DNA of 64,000 bases from Spirochaetia bacterium (GCA_965199955.1 CBDATQ010000001.1:1984001-2048000), one strand, 5' to 3'; shown: positions 30,119 to 40,686, numbered from the stretch's first letter. Numbers and translations: made by a program. Notes: generated by a model not told the origin, from the sequence alone.

Positions 30119-31135
30119 ATGGATGCGCATCCTGAGGTCGTCGAGGCCGCCGAACAGGGCGTCGCGTGGCTGAGAGAGCGGATCGATTTCGATGGCGCGA
30201 TCGGGGGGAGCGACGCACCGGGGCTCTACTTCAAGGTGCCGGCGGCGCTGGCGCTGAACGGCAGGCGGGGAGTCGCCGTCCGCGTGCTCGACTGGATCGC
30301 CGATCACCTGCTGGCGGCCGACGGCACGCTCAAGCTCGCAGCCGCGGTCGAACGGGGGCGTCCGAACACCTACGACCGCGGCTGGCTGGCATGGGGGGCG
30401 GCGCTCTGCGAGCGCTACGACCTGCAGCAGGCGCTGACGGACGACGTGGCCGCCTACCAGGACCGGCGCACGGGCGGGTTCTGGGACTCGGCTGTCGCCC
30501 GGTCGTCGCAGGCCGGATTGCAGGGCGCGATGACCGCCGGAATGGCCGGCCTGGCGCTGCTCGCGGCCGGCCGGATCGAGCCTGCGCGTCAGGCGGCACG
30601 GTTCCTGGATGAGCTCTGGGACGGGCAGGCGAGCCTGGACGACGGGTTCGATGCCAACCGGCAGGTGCCGGCTGACTGGGATGGGCGCGACGGACGCGCG
30701 CCGCCGTTCTACCGCGAGCGCACCTCCCGCCACTACGTCGACCTGCATGGCATGGCGCAGCGGCCCGCCCGCTTCGGGCCGGCGATCGCGTTGCTGGTGC
30801 GGTTGCACCGCCTCACGGGCGACCGCGTCCATCTGGCCTGCGCCCGCCGCTACGCCGATCTCTTTCTGCGCCGGGACGAACTCTATCTGTGCGTGGAGTG
30901 TCACAAATATCTCTGGGCGCTCTGCGAGCTGCAGCAGCTCATCCCCGAGAAGGATTACCGCGCCGCGGCAGGCAACTGCGCCCGATATCTCGTGGCGGCG
31001 CAACAGACGGATGGAAGCTGGCACCCGGAGGCATCGGCGACCGGCGGAGAGCCGAGTCTGGAGGAGGTGCTCAACGTGGTCGGCAACGTCCTGGCCGGCC
31101 TCGCCTACTACCGCATCCACCTGGACCACGTGTAG
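30119..31135 (+). CDS. Hypothetical alpha/alpha-toroid-like protein (paralog of 1..768)
   Basis: GGAGG RBS; YQDRRTGGF and QQTDGSW repeats resemble QW/prenyltransferase motifs. Confidence 0.65.
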   Translation: MDAHPEVVEAAEQGVAWLRERIDFDGAIGGSDAPGLYFKVPAALALNGRRGVAVRVLDWIADHLLAADGTLKLAAAVERGRPNTYDRGWLAWGAALCERYDLQQALTDDVAAYQDRRTGGFWDSAVARSSQAGLQGAMTAGMAGLALLAAGRIEPARQAARFLDELWDGQASLDDGFDANRQVPADWDGRDGRAPPFYRERTSRHYVDLHGMAQRPARFGPAIALLVRLHRLTGDRVHLACARRYADLFLRRDELYLCVECHKYLWALCELQQLIPEKDYRAAAGNCARYLVAAQQTDGSWHPEASATGGEPSLEEVLNVVGNVLAGLAYYRIHLDHV

Positions 31136-31156
31136 CGCGACCCGCACGCCGACCGG

Positions 31157-31780
31157 TCAGGCGACGATCCTCTCCTGCAGCGCCGGCAGCGCAAAGGCCA
31201 GGCCGACGCTCACCACCAGGCCGGCGACGATCTTGGCGAAGTCGAAGAGCACCAGCCGGGACACCTCGCGGCGGCTGCGATGGCGCTGGTTCCAGGCGAT
31301 GGCGATCTCACGTCCTGCCAGCAGGCCCACGAACACCCAGGACGTGCTCATGGGGATGTTGCTCACCTCCTTGAACAGGAGCAGCACGACGCCGTAGATG
31401 AGATCCACGAAGGTCGCCGAGCGAATGTCGGTGGTGTTGGTCTTGGTCAGGACCGCCTTCTGGATGACGCCGCCGCGGGTGGCGAAGATGACGGCGTGCA
31501 GCAGCATCATCACCCCGACCGCCATGAGAAACCAGGCCGGGGACAGTTGCCGCGGCAGGAACACGAAGATGTTGGCAAGGTCCTGGATCAGCCATTGGCT
31601 CCACAGGAACCCAGTCGAGCACCACTGGGCGGCAATCCACCAGTTGCTGACCGGCCCCGCGTCCGGCTGAATCGGGACTCCAGGTGCCGGGTGACGAATC
31701 GATAGACCAGGATGGCGATCACGAACGAGCACGAAACCCACCACCATCAGCACCTCGGTCGGGATCACGGTTCGGTCAGA
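31157..31780 (-). pseudogene. Membrane protein C-terminal fragment (phosphate/sulfate permease-like)
   Basis: WSQWLIQDLANIFVFLPR, SNIPMSTSWVFVGLLAGREIA; N-terminal half absent. Confidence 0.6.
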
Positions 31781-31797
31781 GCCAGGTTGCCGGAGGT

Positions 31798-32735
31798 TCA
31801 GCGATCGCCGGCGGCCCAAGCGTACGGGCCGGCGCCATGCGCGCGGATCACGGCGGCGATCCCGGCACGCAGATCGGCGGCGAGGGACCGGTGCGTTTCG
31901 ATCAGGTTGGACATCTCGTCGGGATCGGCGTGCAGGTCGTACAGCTCCTCGCACGGATCGAAGCGGTGGCGGATGTACTTCCAGCGGCCGTCGCGGACCA
32001 TGATCGTCCCCGCCAGCCGTTCCGGGGATTCATCCGGCTCGCGCTCCAGCGCGCGGATCTCGGAGAGCACCGGCGCTGACGGCGGCTCGGTTCCCGACAG
32101 CAGCGCCGGGGCGAGCGAGCGGCCGTGAAATGCGGCCCGGGCCGAGATCCCGGCCAGCTCCAGGAGTGTGGGCACCAAGTCCACTCCGCCCACCGGACGC
32201 CGCAGCCGGGCGCCGGCGATGATCCGGCCCGCGCAGCAGCCACGGCACCCTGACCGACTGCTCGTACATCATCGACTTCGCGTACGGGCCGTGCTCGCCC
32301 AGGCTCTTGCCGTGGTCGCTGATGAAGCAGACGAGGGTGTCCCCGGCCGCGCCGGCGTCCTCGAGCGCAGCGAGCAACCGGTCGAGCTGGCGGTCGACAT
32401 GGGTGCAGAGCGCGTAGTAGTGCGCGGCGATCCGCCGCATGATCCGCACGCCGAACCGCGGTGCCGCGTGATGGCCCGAGCCGCGCAGGACGCCGGCTTT
32501 CCCGTCAGGTCAGCCCGGTCAGCCAGCTCGCGCGCGCGGGCGAGCAGACCGGCGAGGAGCAGCAGGCGGTTTCCAGGACCGTCCGCTGCGTGGCAAGACG
32601 TTCCAGCGTCGGGGTCTGCACCGCCGGGTCGCCCGCGAAGTCGGTGCTGGCAGCCCGCCACTGGTCGCATATGACCAGCAGGATGTTCGGATGCCGGGGC
32701 ATGCCGCAGAGTGGGGCTAGCGCACACCGCGTCAA
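31798..32735 (-). pseudogene. Sulfatase pseudogene (deleted and frameshifted)
   Basis: PNILLVICDQWR...CSPARASW, then HYYAL..HVD, SDHG, YEQSVRVP, DLVPTLL and ELYDLHADPDE in different frames. Confidence 0.8.
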
Positions 32736-32782
32736 ACCGCCTGTTGTGGCGAGCGTGCCCGCTGGTCACAATTCCGGTCGGA

Positions 32783-34333
32783 ATGAGCGACGCGGGCGAG
32801 GCGGGCGGCGAGTACCTGCTGGAGGCGCTCGACATCGTCAAGCGCTACGGCGACTTCACGGCCAACGACCGGGTCACCCTGAGGCTTCGCCCCGGCCAGA
32901 TCCATGCCCTGCTCGGCGAGAACGGTGCCGGCAAGTCGACCCTGGTCAAGATCATGTACGGGGCGCGGCAGCCGACGGCCGGCACGCTGCGCTGGCGCGG
33001 CCAACCGGTCTCGATCGCCAGTCCCGCCGCCGCGCGCCGGTTCGGCATCGCCATGGTCTTCCAGCACTTCTCCCTGTTCGAGGCGCTGACGGTGGTGGAG
33101 AACATCGCGCTGGCGCTGCCCGGCCGATTCGACCCCGGCGCCTTGGCCCGGCGCGTGACCGCCGTATCCGCGGAGTACGGGCTGCCGCTGGAACCGGGGG
33201 CGCTGGTCGCGGACCTGTCCGTCGGCGAGCGGCAGCGCATCGAGATCGTGCGCTGCCTGTTGCAGGAGCCGCGCCTGCTGATCATGGACGAGCCGACCTC
33301 CGTGCTCACGCCGCAGGAGGCGGATCAGCTCTTCCTGACCCTGCGGCGCCTGGCCGACGACGGGTGCGCGGTGCTCTACATCTCCCATCGGCTGGAGGAG
33401 GTGCAGCGGCTCTGCCACGACGCCACGATCCTTCGCCGCGCCAAGGTCGTCGCGAACGTCGACCCGCAGGCCGAGACGGCGGCGTCCCTGGCGCGGCTGA
33501 TGGTCGGCGAGGACGTCCACGCCGTGCGCGCGGAGGGACACGCGCACGACGGCGACGCCGCGCTCGCCGTCAACGGGCTGACGCTGGCGGCGGAGGGACC
33601 GTTCAGTGTTGCGCTGCGCGACATCGAGCTTACCGTCCGCGCCGGCGAAGTGACGGCGATAGCGGGAGTCGCGGGCAATGGCCAGTCCGAGCTGTTCGAG
33701 GCTCTGTCCGGGGAACGGCTGGCTCCGTCGGCCGGCGCGATCACGATCGCCGGACAACCATGCGGGACACGCGGCGCGACCGCGAGGCGCCGGCTGGGCG
33801 CCGCCTTCGTGCCGGAAGAACGGCTCGGCCACAGCGCCGTGCCGGGCATGGAGCTTTCCGAGAACGTCCTGCTCACACGTCACGCGTCCGATCGCGGACT
33901 GGTGCGCGGCGGGTTCGTCGACCGGTCCGGAACCCGTTCGGTGACACAGCGGGTCACCGAGCGGTTCGACGTGCGCATCAGCGAGGCGAACCCGCAGGCA
34001 AGCGAGCTGTCCGGCGGGAACCTGCAGAAGTTCGTGATCGGCCGGGAGCTCGACCGCGAGCCCGCGGTCCTGGTGATCAATCAGCCCACCTGGGGCGTGG
34101 ACGCGGGCGCGGCGGCGCTGATCCGGCAGGTGCTCGCCGACATGGCCAAGGACGGCGCGGCGGTGCTGGTCATCAGCCAGGACCTGGACGAGATCTTCGA
34201 GATCGCCGACCGCATCGCGGTGATCTCCCGCGGCGAACTCTCGGCGACGTATCCGGCGAATCGCGTCGACCGCGAGCGAGTCGGCCTGCTCATGGCCGGG
34301 GTCGGGGAGACGTCCGCCGGCAAGGAAGGGTAG
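32783..34333 (+). CDS. Nucleoside/purine ABC transporter ATP-binding protein (two NBDs)
   Basis: GENGAGKS, LSVGERQR, MDEPTS, LSGGNLQK, QPTWGVD. Confidence 0.92.
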   Translation: MSDAGEAGGEYLLEALDIVKRYGDFTANDRVTLRLRPGQIHALLGENGAGKSTLVKIMYGARQPTAGTLRWRGQPVSIASPAAARRFGIAMVFQHFSLFEALTVVENIALALPGRFDPGALARRVTAVSAEYGLPLEPGALVADLSVGERQRIEIVRCLLQEPRLLIMDEPTSVLTPQEADQLFLTLRRLADDGCAVLYISHRLEEVQRLCHDATILRRAKVVANVDPQAETAASLARLMVGEDVHAVRAEGHAHDGDAALAVNGLTLAAEGPFSVALRDIELTVRAGEVTAIAGVAGNGQSELFEALSGERLAPSAGAITIAGQPCGTRGATARRRLGAAFVPEERLGHSAVPGMELSENVLLTRHASDRGLVRGGFVDRSGTRSVTQRVTERFDVRISEANPQASELSGGNLQKFVIGRELDREPAVLVINQPTWGVDAGAAALIRQVLADMAKDGAAVLVISQDLDEIFEIADRIAVISRGELSATYPANRVDRERVGLLMAGVGETSAGKEG

Positions 34334-34539
34334 TTCGCATAAACCGCGGAGTATAATTCACGAATCGCGGTCCGGCCGCCGATCCTCACGGCAACAAGAC
34401 TGGGCTGGGCGGGCTCGACGCGGACGGTGAAACTGCCGACTCGGACGCTGAACCCGCACCGGCCTACGTTCCGGTTGAGAGTACCGCCAGGACGTCAGTC
34501 TTGGGCTCATCGGCTCGGGACATGGCTGATCGTGCCGGC

Positions 34540-34860
34540 AACCCTTCTCCTGCCGTTGCCGCTCATGACGCTCGCCCACGGTTCCTCGACCGCCTGCCCG
34601 ATGGACTGGGCCATGACCTGATCTACATCAGAACGGTAGATCACTATTTGGAGGTACACACCACAGCCGGCTCGGGCCGCGTTCTCGTTCGCTTTGCGGA
34701 TGCGGTTGCGGAGCTCGGAGACCTGGGGATGCAGGTCCATCGCTGCTACTGGATCGCTCACCGCACGTTGCTGGAGGAGGGGGCGGAGTTGGTCACGCGA
34801 GGTAACCGCATGGTGCTGAGACTTGCGGAGCAAGCGTGGTGTCGCGTTTCAGGAAGCGAT
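34540..34860 (+). pseudogene. LytTR DNA-binding domain fragment
   Basis: RFLDRLP..LG.DLIY....DHYLEVHT..G...L.RFADAVAEL...GMQVHRCYW; degenerate ends. Confidence 0.65.
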
Positions 34861-35211
34861 CGAACGAGCGCTCGGTTCGGACCGGTCGAAGGCGTTCCGG
34901 GATGGCGCATGGATCACCGCCGACGAAGCGTCAAGAGTGATCGACTGGCTGCTTGACCAGGGGCGAACCGACTGAGTCTGTGATCCCCGGTTCCAGATCG
35001 CGATGCTGCGGCAGGCAGCGGTGGAATCGGGGGCTTTGGCCTACAGCCAGATGCCGGTGCCGGATCGCGGTCCCGCGGGCGCGGGGCTCGACGCAGGCGC
35101 CGATATCACGGATCGTATTCCGGTGATCTGGCGCCGGGAGTGCTGGGCGACTTCGATGGCGCGTCGCGCCTGCCGCGGGTGCGTCGCGCCGGGCATTGGC
35201 GGGAGTTCGGT

Positions 35212-36291
35212 GTGACGCTGCAATTCGAGAAACGCCAGCACCCCAGCCGCGTGATGGTCGTGGGCTCGCCGGTCCTGGCGATCCTGCTCACCGTGATCGT
35301 CGGCGGCATTCTCTTTGCGGCGCGCGGCCTGGAGCCGCTGCCGGCGCTGTACGTCTACTTCGTGGAGCCGGTGACCACGCTCTGGTCGATCGAGGAGATG
35401 GTCGTCAAGGCGACGCCGCTGGTGCTGATCGGCGCCGGGCTGGCGGTCTGCTTCCGCGCCAACGTCTGGAACATCGGCGCCGAGGGGCAACTCACCATGG
35501 GCGCCATCGTCGGCGCCGCCGTTCCCGTCCTGGCCACGGAATGGCAGTCGCCGCTGGTCTTGCCGCTGATGATGGCGCTCGGCATCGCCGGCGGCATGGC
35601 CTGGGCGGCGATCCCGGCGCTGCTCCGCAACCGGTTCGGAGCTAACGAGATTCTCACCAGCCTGATGCTCGTGTACGTGGCCCAGCTCGTCCTGGACTGG
35701 CTGGTGCGCGGTCCGTGGCGCGACCCCGAGGGGTACAACTTCCCGGAGTCGGTGGCGCTGCAGGGCGTTCAGCTCCTGCCGACGCTCGGCTACAGCCGCG
35801 TCCACCTGGGCGGGGCGTTCGCGCTGTTGGCCGTGCTGGTGCTGTTCGTGTTCCTGTCGCGCACGTTGAAAGGTTTCGAGATCCAGGTGTCCGGCGACGC
35901 ACCGCGCGCCGGAGAATTCGGCGGCTTCCGGCGGCCGCGCACCGTGTGGTTCTGCCTGCTGCTGTCCGGGGGACTGGCGGGACTGGCCGGCATCGGCGAG
36001 ATCGCCGGGCCGATCAGGCAGCTGCAGCCGTCCATCTCGCCGGGCTACGGATTCACGGCGATCATCGTGGCGTTCCTGGGCCGACTGAACCCGATCGGGG
36101 TGCTGCTGGCGGGGATCGTTCTCGCCAGCAGCTACCTGGGCGGCGAAGGGGCGCAGATATCGCTGGGGCTTTCCAGCAAGACGGCGCAGGTGTTCCAGGG
36201 CACGCTGCTGTTCTTCATCCTGGCGTGCGACACGCTGATCCGGTACCGGCTGCGATTCCGTCTGGGAGCGGTCGCGGAGCTGCCTCGATGA
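35212..36291 (+). CDS. Nucleoside/purine ABC permease
   Basis: WNIGAEGQ, NEILTSLML, GYGFTAIIVAFLGRLNP. Confidence 0.92.
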   Translation: MTLQFEKRQHPSRVMVVGSPVLAILLTVIVGGILFAARGLEPLPALYVYFVEPVTTLWSIEEMVVKATPLVLIGAGLAVCFRANVWNIGAEGQLTMGAIVGAAVPVLATEWQSPLVLPLMMALGIAGGMAWAAIPALLRNRFGANEILTSLMLVYVAQLVLDWLVRGPWRDPEGYNFPESVALQGVQLLPTLGYSRVHLGGAFALLAVLVLFVFLSRTLKGFEIQVSGDAPRAGEFGGFRRPRTVWFCLLLSGGLAGLAGIGEIAGPIRQLQPSISPGYGFTAIIVAFLGRLNPIGVLLAGIVLASSYLGGEGAQISLGLSSKTAQVFQGTLLFFILACDTLIRYRLRFRLGAVAELPR

Positions 36292-37208
36292 CCGGCGTGG
36301 AGTCGGTGATCCTTACCATCATCACGGCCTCGACGCCCCTGTTGCTGGCCTCCATCGGCGAGCTGGTGGTCGAGCGTTCCGGTGTCCTCAACCTGGGCGT
36401 CGAGGGGATGATGATCATGGGCGCCGTGACCGGCTTCGCGGCGGCCTACATGTCGGGATCGGCGCTGGCGGGCGTGGCCGTGTCGCTCGGCGCCGGCATC
36501 GCCATCGCGCTGCTGTTCGCCTACCTGACCCAGACGCTGGTAACCAACCAGGTCGCTACCGGGCTGGCGCTCACTCTGTTCGGGCTGGGGCTCGCCGGGA
36601 TGATCGGCGAGAACTTCACGGGCCTCCCCGGCGTGAGGCTCCCGAACGTCCAGATCCCGGTGCTCACCGATCTCCCGTTCATCGGGCCGGTGGTGTTCGG
36701 CCAGGATCCCCTGGTATACGCCTCGATCGCGATCACGGTGCTGGTCGCCTGGACGCTGGCGCGCACGCGCATCGGGCTGGTGATCCGCGCGACCGGCGGC
36801 AACCACCACTCCGCCCACGCGCTGGGCTTCCGGGTGATCGCCGTGCGCTACGCCTGCATCGCCTTCGGCGGGGCCTGCGCAGGGCTGGCCGGCGGCTACC
36901 TCTCCCTCGTCTACACGCCGCAGTGGATCGAGAACATGACGGCAGGCCGGGGCTGGATCGCGCTGGCGCTGGTGGTGTTCTCCACTTGGGCGCCTCGGCG
37001 CGTCGCAATCGGCGCCTATCTGTTCGGGACCGTGTGGATCATGGGCCTATGGGCGCAGGGCGTGGGGATCGCCGTGGCGTCGCAACTCCTTTCGGCGTTG
37101 CCTTACCTGGCGACCATCGCGGCGTTGGTGCTGATCTCCGGCAACCGTTTCTTGACGAAGGCGAACACCCCTGCTTGCATTGGGCAGCCGTTCGTGCCCG
37201 ATCGGTAG
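36288..37208 (+). CDS. Nucleoside/purine ABC permease
   Basis: ERSGVLNLGVEGMM, NQVATGLA, AGRGWIALA, LPYLAT. Confidence 0.92.
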   Translation: MTGVESVILTIITASTPLLLASIGELVVERSGVLNLGVEGMMIMGAVTGFAAAYMSGSALAGVAVSLGAGIAIALLFAYLTQTLVTNQVATGLALTLFGLGLAGMIGENFTGLPGVRLPNVQIPVLTDLPFIGPVVFGQDPLVYASIAITVLVAWTLARTRIGLVIRATGGNHHSAHALGFRVIAVRYACIAFGGACAGLAGGYLSLVYTPQWIENMTAGRGWIALALVVFSTWAPRRVAIGAYLFGTVWIMGLWAQGVGIAVASQLLSALPYLATIAALVLISGNRFLTKANTPACIGQPFVPDR

Positions 37209-37263
37209 GTCGCCGCGTCCGGCCATCCATCATCGACAGGGGGAACGACCCCGAAAGGAGAGC

Positions 37264-38325
37264 ATGATGAAGAGACTGCTCATCGTCGCGCTGGCGCTGA
37301 TGCTGACCGTGGCGGCGTTCGGCCAGGACAAGCTGAAAGTCGGGTTCGTCTACGTCGGCCCGATCGGCGATCACGGCTGGACGTACCAGCACCATGACGG
37401 TCTGCTGGCAGTGCGGGAGGAGTTCGGCGACCGCGTCGAGACGATCCATGTGGAGAACATTTCGGAAGGCCCGGATGCCGAGCGAGCCATTACCCGCATG
37501 GCCCGTGAGGGTGCCGGTCTGATCTTCACCACCTCGTTCGGCTTCATGGACCCGACCATCAACGTGGCCGCGGACTTCCCGGACGTGAAGTTCGAGCACG
37601 CCACCGGCTTCAAGCGGGCCGACAACGTGTCCACCTACTCGGCCCGCTTCTACGAGGGGCGCTATATCATCGGCCAGATCGCCGCGCAGATGTCGGAGAG
37701 CGGCGTCGCCGGCTACATCGCGTCCTTCCCGATCCCCGAAGTGGTGCGCGGCATCAACGCGTTCCTGCTCGGCGCGCAGACGATCAATCCCGACTTCAAG
37801 CTCAAGGTGGTGTGGGTCAATACCTGGTTCGATCCCGGCAAGGAAGCGGACGCCGCCAAGGTCCTGATCGGCCAAGGCGCGGACATCATCACCCAGCACA
37901 CCGACTCCACCGCACCGTTGCAGATCGCGGAGGAGCAGGGCGTGGTCGGCTTCGGGCAGGCGTCGGACATGATCATGTTCGCCCCGAACGCGCAACTCAC
38001 CGCCGTCATCGACGAATGGGCTCCCTACTACGTGGCCCGCACCAGGGCGGTGCTCGACGGCACCTGGGAGTCCACGGACACGTGGGACGGTATCGCCCCG
38101 GGCATGGTGCGCATGGCGCCCTATACCAACATGCCGGACGAGGTGAAGGCGCTGGCCATGGAGACGGAGGCGATGATCTCCTCCGGAGAGCTGCACCCGT
38201 TCAAGGGCCCGATCCACAACCAGGAAGGCGAGATGGTCATCTGCGCGGGCGAGGTCCTCGACGACGGCACGCTGCTCGGCATGAACTGGTACGTGCAAGG
38301 CGTCGACGACAAGCTGCCCGGTTAG
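37264..38325 (+). CDS. BMP-family purine/nucleoside substrate-binding protein
   Basis: GFVYVGPIGDHGWTYQH, TTSFGF, WFDPGKE, QHTDS. Confidence 0.92.
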   Translation: MMKRLLIVALALMLTVAAFGQDKLKVGFVYVGPIGDHGWTYQHHDGLLAVREEFGDRVETIHVENISEGPDAERAITRMAREGAGLIFTTSFGFMDPTINVAADFPDVKFEHATGFKRADNVSTYSARFYEGRYIIGQIAAQMSESGVAGYIASFPIPEVVRGINAFLLGAQTINPDFKLKVVWVNTWFDPGKEADAAKVLIGQGADIITQHTDSTAPLQIAEEQGVVGFGQASDMIMFAPNAQLTAVIDEWAPYYVARTRAVLDGTWESTDTWDGIAPGMVRMAPYTNMPDEVKALAMETEAMISSGELHPFKGPIHNQEGEMVICAGEVLDDGTLLGMNWYVQGVDDKLPG

Positions 38326-38448
38326 CGTCGCAGCGCGGAGTTTCGCCTGTGGGTCGATAGCCCACCCAAGGGGCCGTCTCTCCCGCGGCGTCGTGAACGC
38401 GATTGCGCGTCCATGACCTGCCGATAATGAGAGGGACGGCCCTTCTCA

Positions 38449-38994
38449 ATGTCAGCAATCGATCCCTCGCCGTTGTCCGTCGCCGCGGTCAACCAGCTCG
38501 AGGCCGCGGCGTTCATTGCGCGATTCGGTGACATCGCCGAGCACTCGCCCTGGGTGGCCGAACGCGTGGCAGCCGCGCGGCCGTTCGCCGGCCGCGAAGC
38601 CGTGGTCGCGGCCTTCGTGGCCGCGGTGCGCGCCGCGCCGCCGGCGTCTCAGCTCGCGCTGATCCGCGCCCACCCGGACCTGGCCGATCGAGCCGCCGTG
38701 GCGGACGACGCCGGCGGCGGCGACATCGCCGCGGAGTCGCGGCGCGAGCAGGCCGGGGCCGGGCTGGACCGCCTGACGCCGGACGAGTTCGAGCGCTTCG
38801 CCGACCTCAACACCCGCTACCGCGCCCGGTTCGGCATCCCGTTCATCTTCGCGGTGAAGGGCGCGAACAAGGACATGATCCTGACCGCCTTCGAGGAGCG
38901 CATCGGCAACGACGCCGCGACCGAGCGCGCGACGGCGCTGGCCAACGTCGAGCGCATCCTCCGCTTCCGCATCGAAGACCGGATCGTGCCGTGA
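38449..38994 (+). CDS. uraD: OHCU decarboxylase
   Basis: EHSPWVAE, LIRAHPDLA, SRREQAGAGL, Y..RFGIPFIFAVKG. Confidence 0.92.
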   Translation: MSAIDPSPLSVAAVNQLEAAAFIARFGDIAEHSPWVAERVAAARPFAGREAVVAAFVAAVRAAPPASQLALIRAHPDLADRAAVADDAGGGDIAAESRREQAGAGLDRLTPDEFERFADLNTRYRARFGIPFIFAVKGANKDMILTAFEERIGNDAATERATALANVERILRFRIEDRIVP

Positions 38995-40334
38995 GCGCCG
39001 CCGCCGGCGGGCGGGTCGTGCGCGGTGCGGTGCTGAGCTACCTCGACGACCCGGCGCGCGCCGGATCGCAGGATGCGGTTTGCTTTCATCAGTACGGCGC
39101 GGTCGTCGTGGGCGGTGACGGCAGGATCGCCTGGTGCGGTCCGGCCGCCGAGATGCCCGACCGCTTTCGCTCGCTTGCCTCGGAAGACTACGGGTCGGCG
39201 CTGGTGCTGCCGGGCTTCATCGACTCCCACATCCATTTCCCCCAGTACCGGATGCTGGCGGCGCCGGGCAACGACTTGCTGGACTGGCTGCAGCGGTTCA
39301 CCTTCCCGGAGGAGTGTCGCTATCGTGCGCCTGCGCATGCGTGCGCGGCGGCTGAAGTGTTCCTGGATCGGCTGATCCGGCACGGTACGACCGCGGCGGT
39401 GGTCTTCTCCACGGTCCATCGCGGCGCGACAGAGGCCCTGTTCGCCGCGGCGGAACGGCGCCGGATGGCGATCGTCACCGGCAAGACCATGATGGACCGC
39501 AACGCCCCGGCGGCGCTGTGCGACGATCCGGCGCGCGGGGTCGAGGACAGCGAGGCGCTGATCGAGCATTGGCACGGCCGCGGGCGGCTGCGTTACGCGA
39601 TCACCGTGCGCTTCGCCGTCACCTCCAGCGAGGAGCAGCTACGAGCCGCCGGAGAGCTGGCCGGCCGCCACCCCGGCTGCCACGTGCACACGCACCTGTC
39701 GGAGAGCGAGCCGGAGATCGCGCTGGTGACGCGTGACTTCCCCTGGGCGCAGGACTACACCGACGTGTACGATCGCTTCGGCTTGGTCGGCGCCCGCAGC
39801 CTGTTCGCGCACGGCATCCATCTCTCCGAGCGCGAACAGGCGTGCCTGTCCGCAGCCGGCGCGACCGTCGTGCACTGTCCGACCTCGAACACCTTCCTGG
39901 GCTCGGGCCTGTTCGACCTCCGCCGCCTCAGGAACGGGACGCGCCCGGTCGGCGTCGGCCTGGCCACCGACGTCGGCGGCGGCACCAGCTACTCGATGCT
40001 GCACACCATGGGCGAGGCGTACAAGGTGGCGATGCTGCGCGGCTACCGGCCGACCGCGCACGAGCTGTTCCACCTGGCGACCCGCGGCAACGCCCGGCGG
40101 CTCGGCCTGGATGATCAGATCGGATGCCTGGAACCCGGCCGCTGGGGCGACCTCGTCGTCCTCGACCCTGCCGCCACGCCGGTGCTGGCCTCCCGCAACG
40201 AGCTGTCGGCAAACCTGGAGGAGACGCTGTTCGCGCTGGCGATCCTGGGCGACGACCGTGCGGTGCGCGCGACCTACGTCGCCGGCTGCCGGGTATGGCT
40301 CGCCGAGCCGGCGGGCGATCCGGCAAACTCCTGA
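38991..40334 (+). CDS. guaD: Guanine deaminase
   Basis: PGFIDSHIHFPQ, LLDWL...TFPEE, HTHLSE, CPTSNTFLGSG, TDVGGGT. Confidence 0.93.
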   Translation: MSAAAGGRVVRGAVLSYLDDPARAGSQDAVCFHQYGAVVVGGDGRIAWCGPAAEMPDRFRSLASEDYGSALVLPGFIDSHIHFPQYRMLAAPGNDLLDWLQRFTFPEECRYRAPAHACAAAEVFLDRLIRHGTTAAVVFSTVHRGATEALFAAAERRRMAIVTGKTMMDRNAPAALCDDPARGVEDSEALIEHWHGRGRLRYAITVRFAVTSSEEQLRAAGELAGRHPGCHVHTHLSESEPEIALVTRDFPWAQDYTDVYDRFGLVGARSLFAHGIHLSEREQACLSAAGATVVHCPTSNTFLGSGLFDLRRLRNGTRPVGVGLATDVGGGTSYSMLHTMGEAYKVAMLRGYRPTAHELFHLATRGNARRLGLDDQIGCLEPGRWGDLVVLDPAATPVLASRNELSANLEETLFALAILGDDRAVRATYVAGCRVWLAEPAGDPANS

Positions 40335-40360
40335 CGGCAACGTTCGCCAAGGAGGAACGC

Positions 40361-40678
40361 ATGTACGTGATCGTCGCCCCCATCCAGATCAAGGAAGGGC
40401 ACAAGGACGAATTCATCGAGGCGATGCTCGGGGACGCGCGCGGCTCCGTGAACGACGAGCCGGGCTGCCTGCGATTCGACGTGGTCCAGGACGGCACCGA
40501 TCCGAACCGGATCTGGCTCTACGAAGTGTACGTGGACGAGGCGGCCTTCCAGGCTCACACGAAAACCCCGCACTTCCTGAAGTGGCGGGACACCGTCAAG
40601 GACTGGATGGACGAGCGGCCGGTCGGCGCGGGCGCGGGCAGCTACAACATCTGGCCGTCGGACGGCGACTGGAAGTAG
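40361..40678 (+). CDS. ABM/dimeric alpha-beta barrel protein (LsrG/YgiN-like)
   Basis: EPGCLRFDV, LYEVY.DEAAF.AH..TPHF; AGGAGG RBS. Confidence 0.85.
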   Translation: MYVIVAPIQIKEGHKDEFIEAMLGDARGSVNDEPGCLRFDVVQDGTDPNRIWLYEVYVDEAAFQAHTKTPHFLKWRDTVKDWMDERPVGAGAGSYNIWPSDGDWK

Positions 40679-40686
40679 GGATTGCG

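Noticed and set aside
35080..35125. LDAGADI ankyrin-like peptide
   Set aside because: Too short, with no second repeat or supporting ORF.
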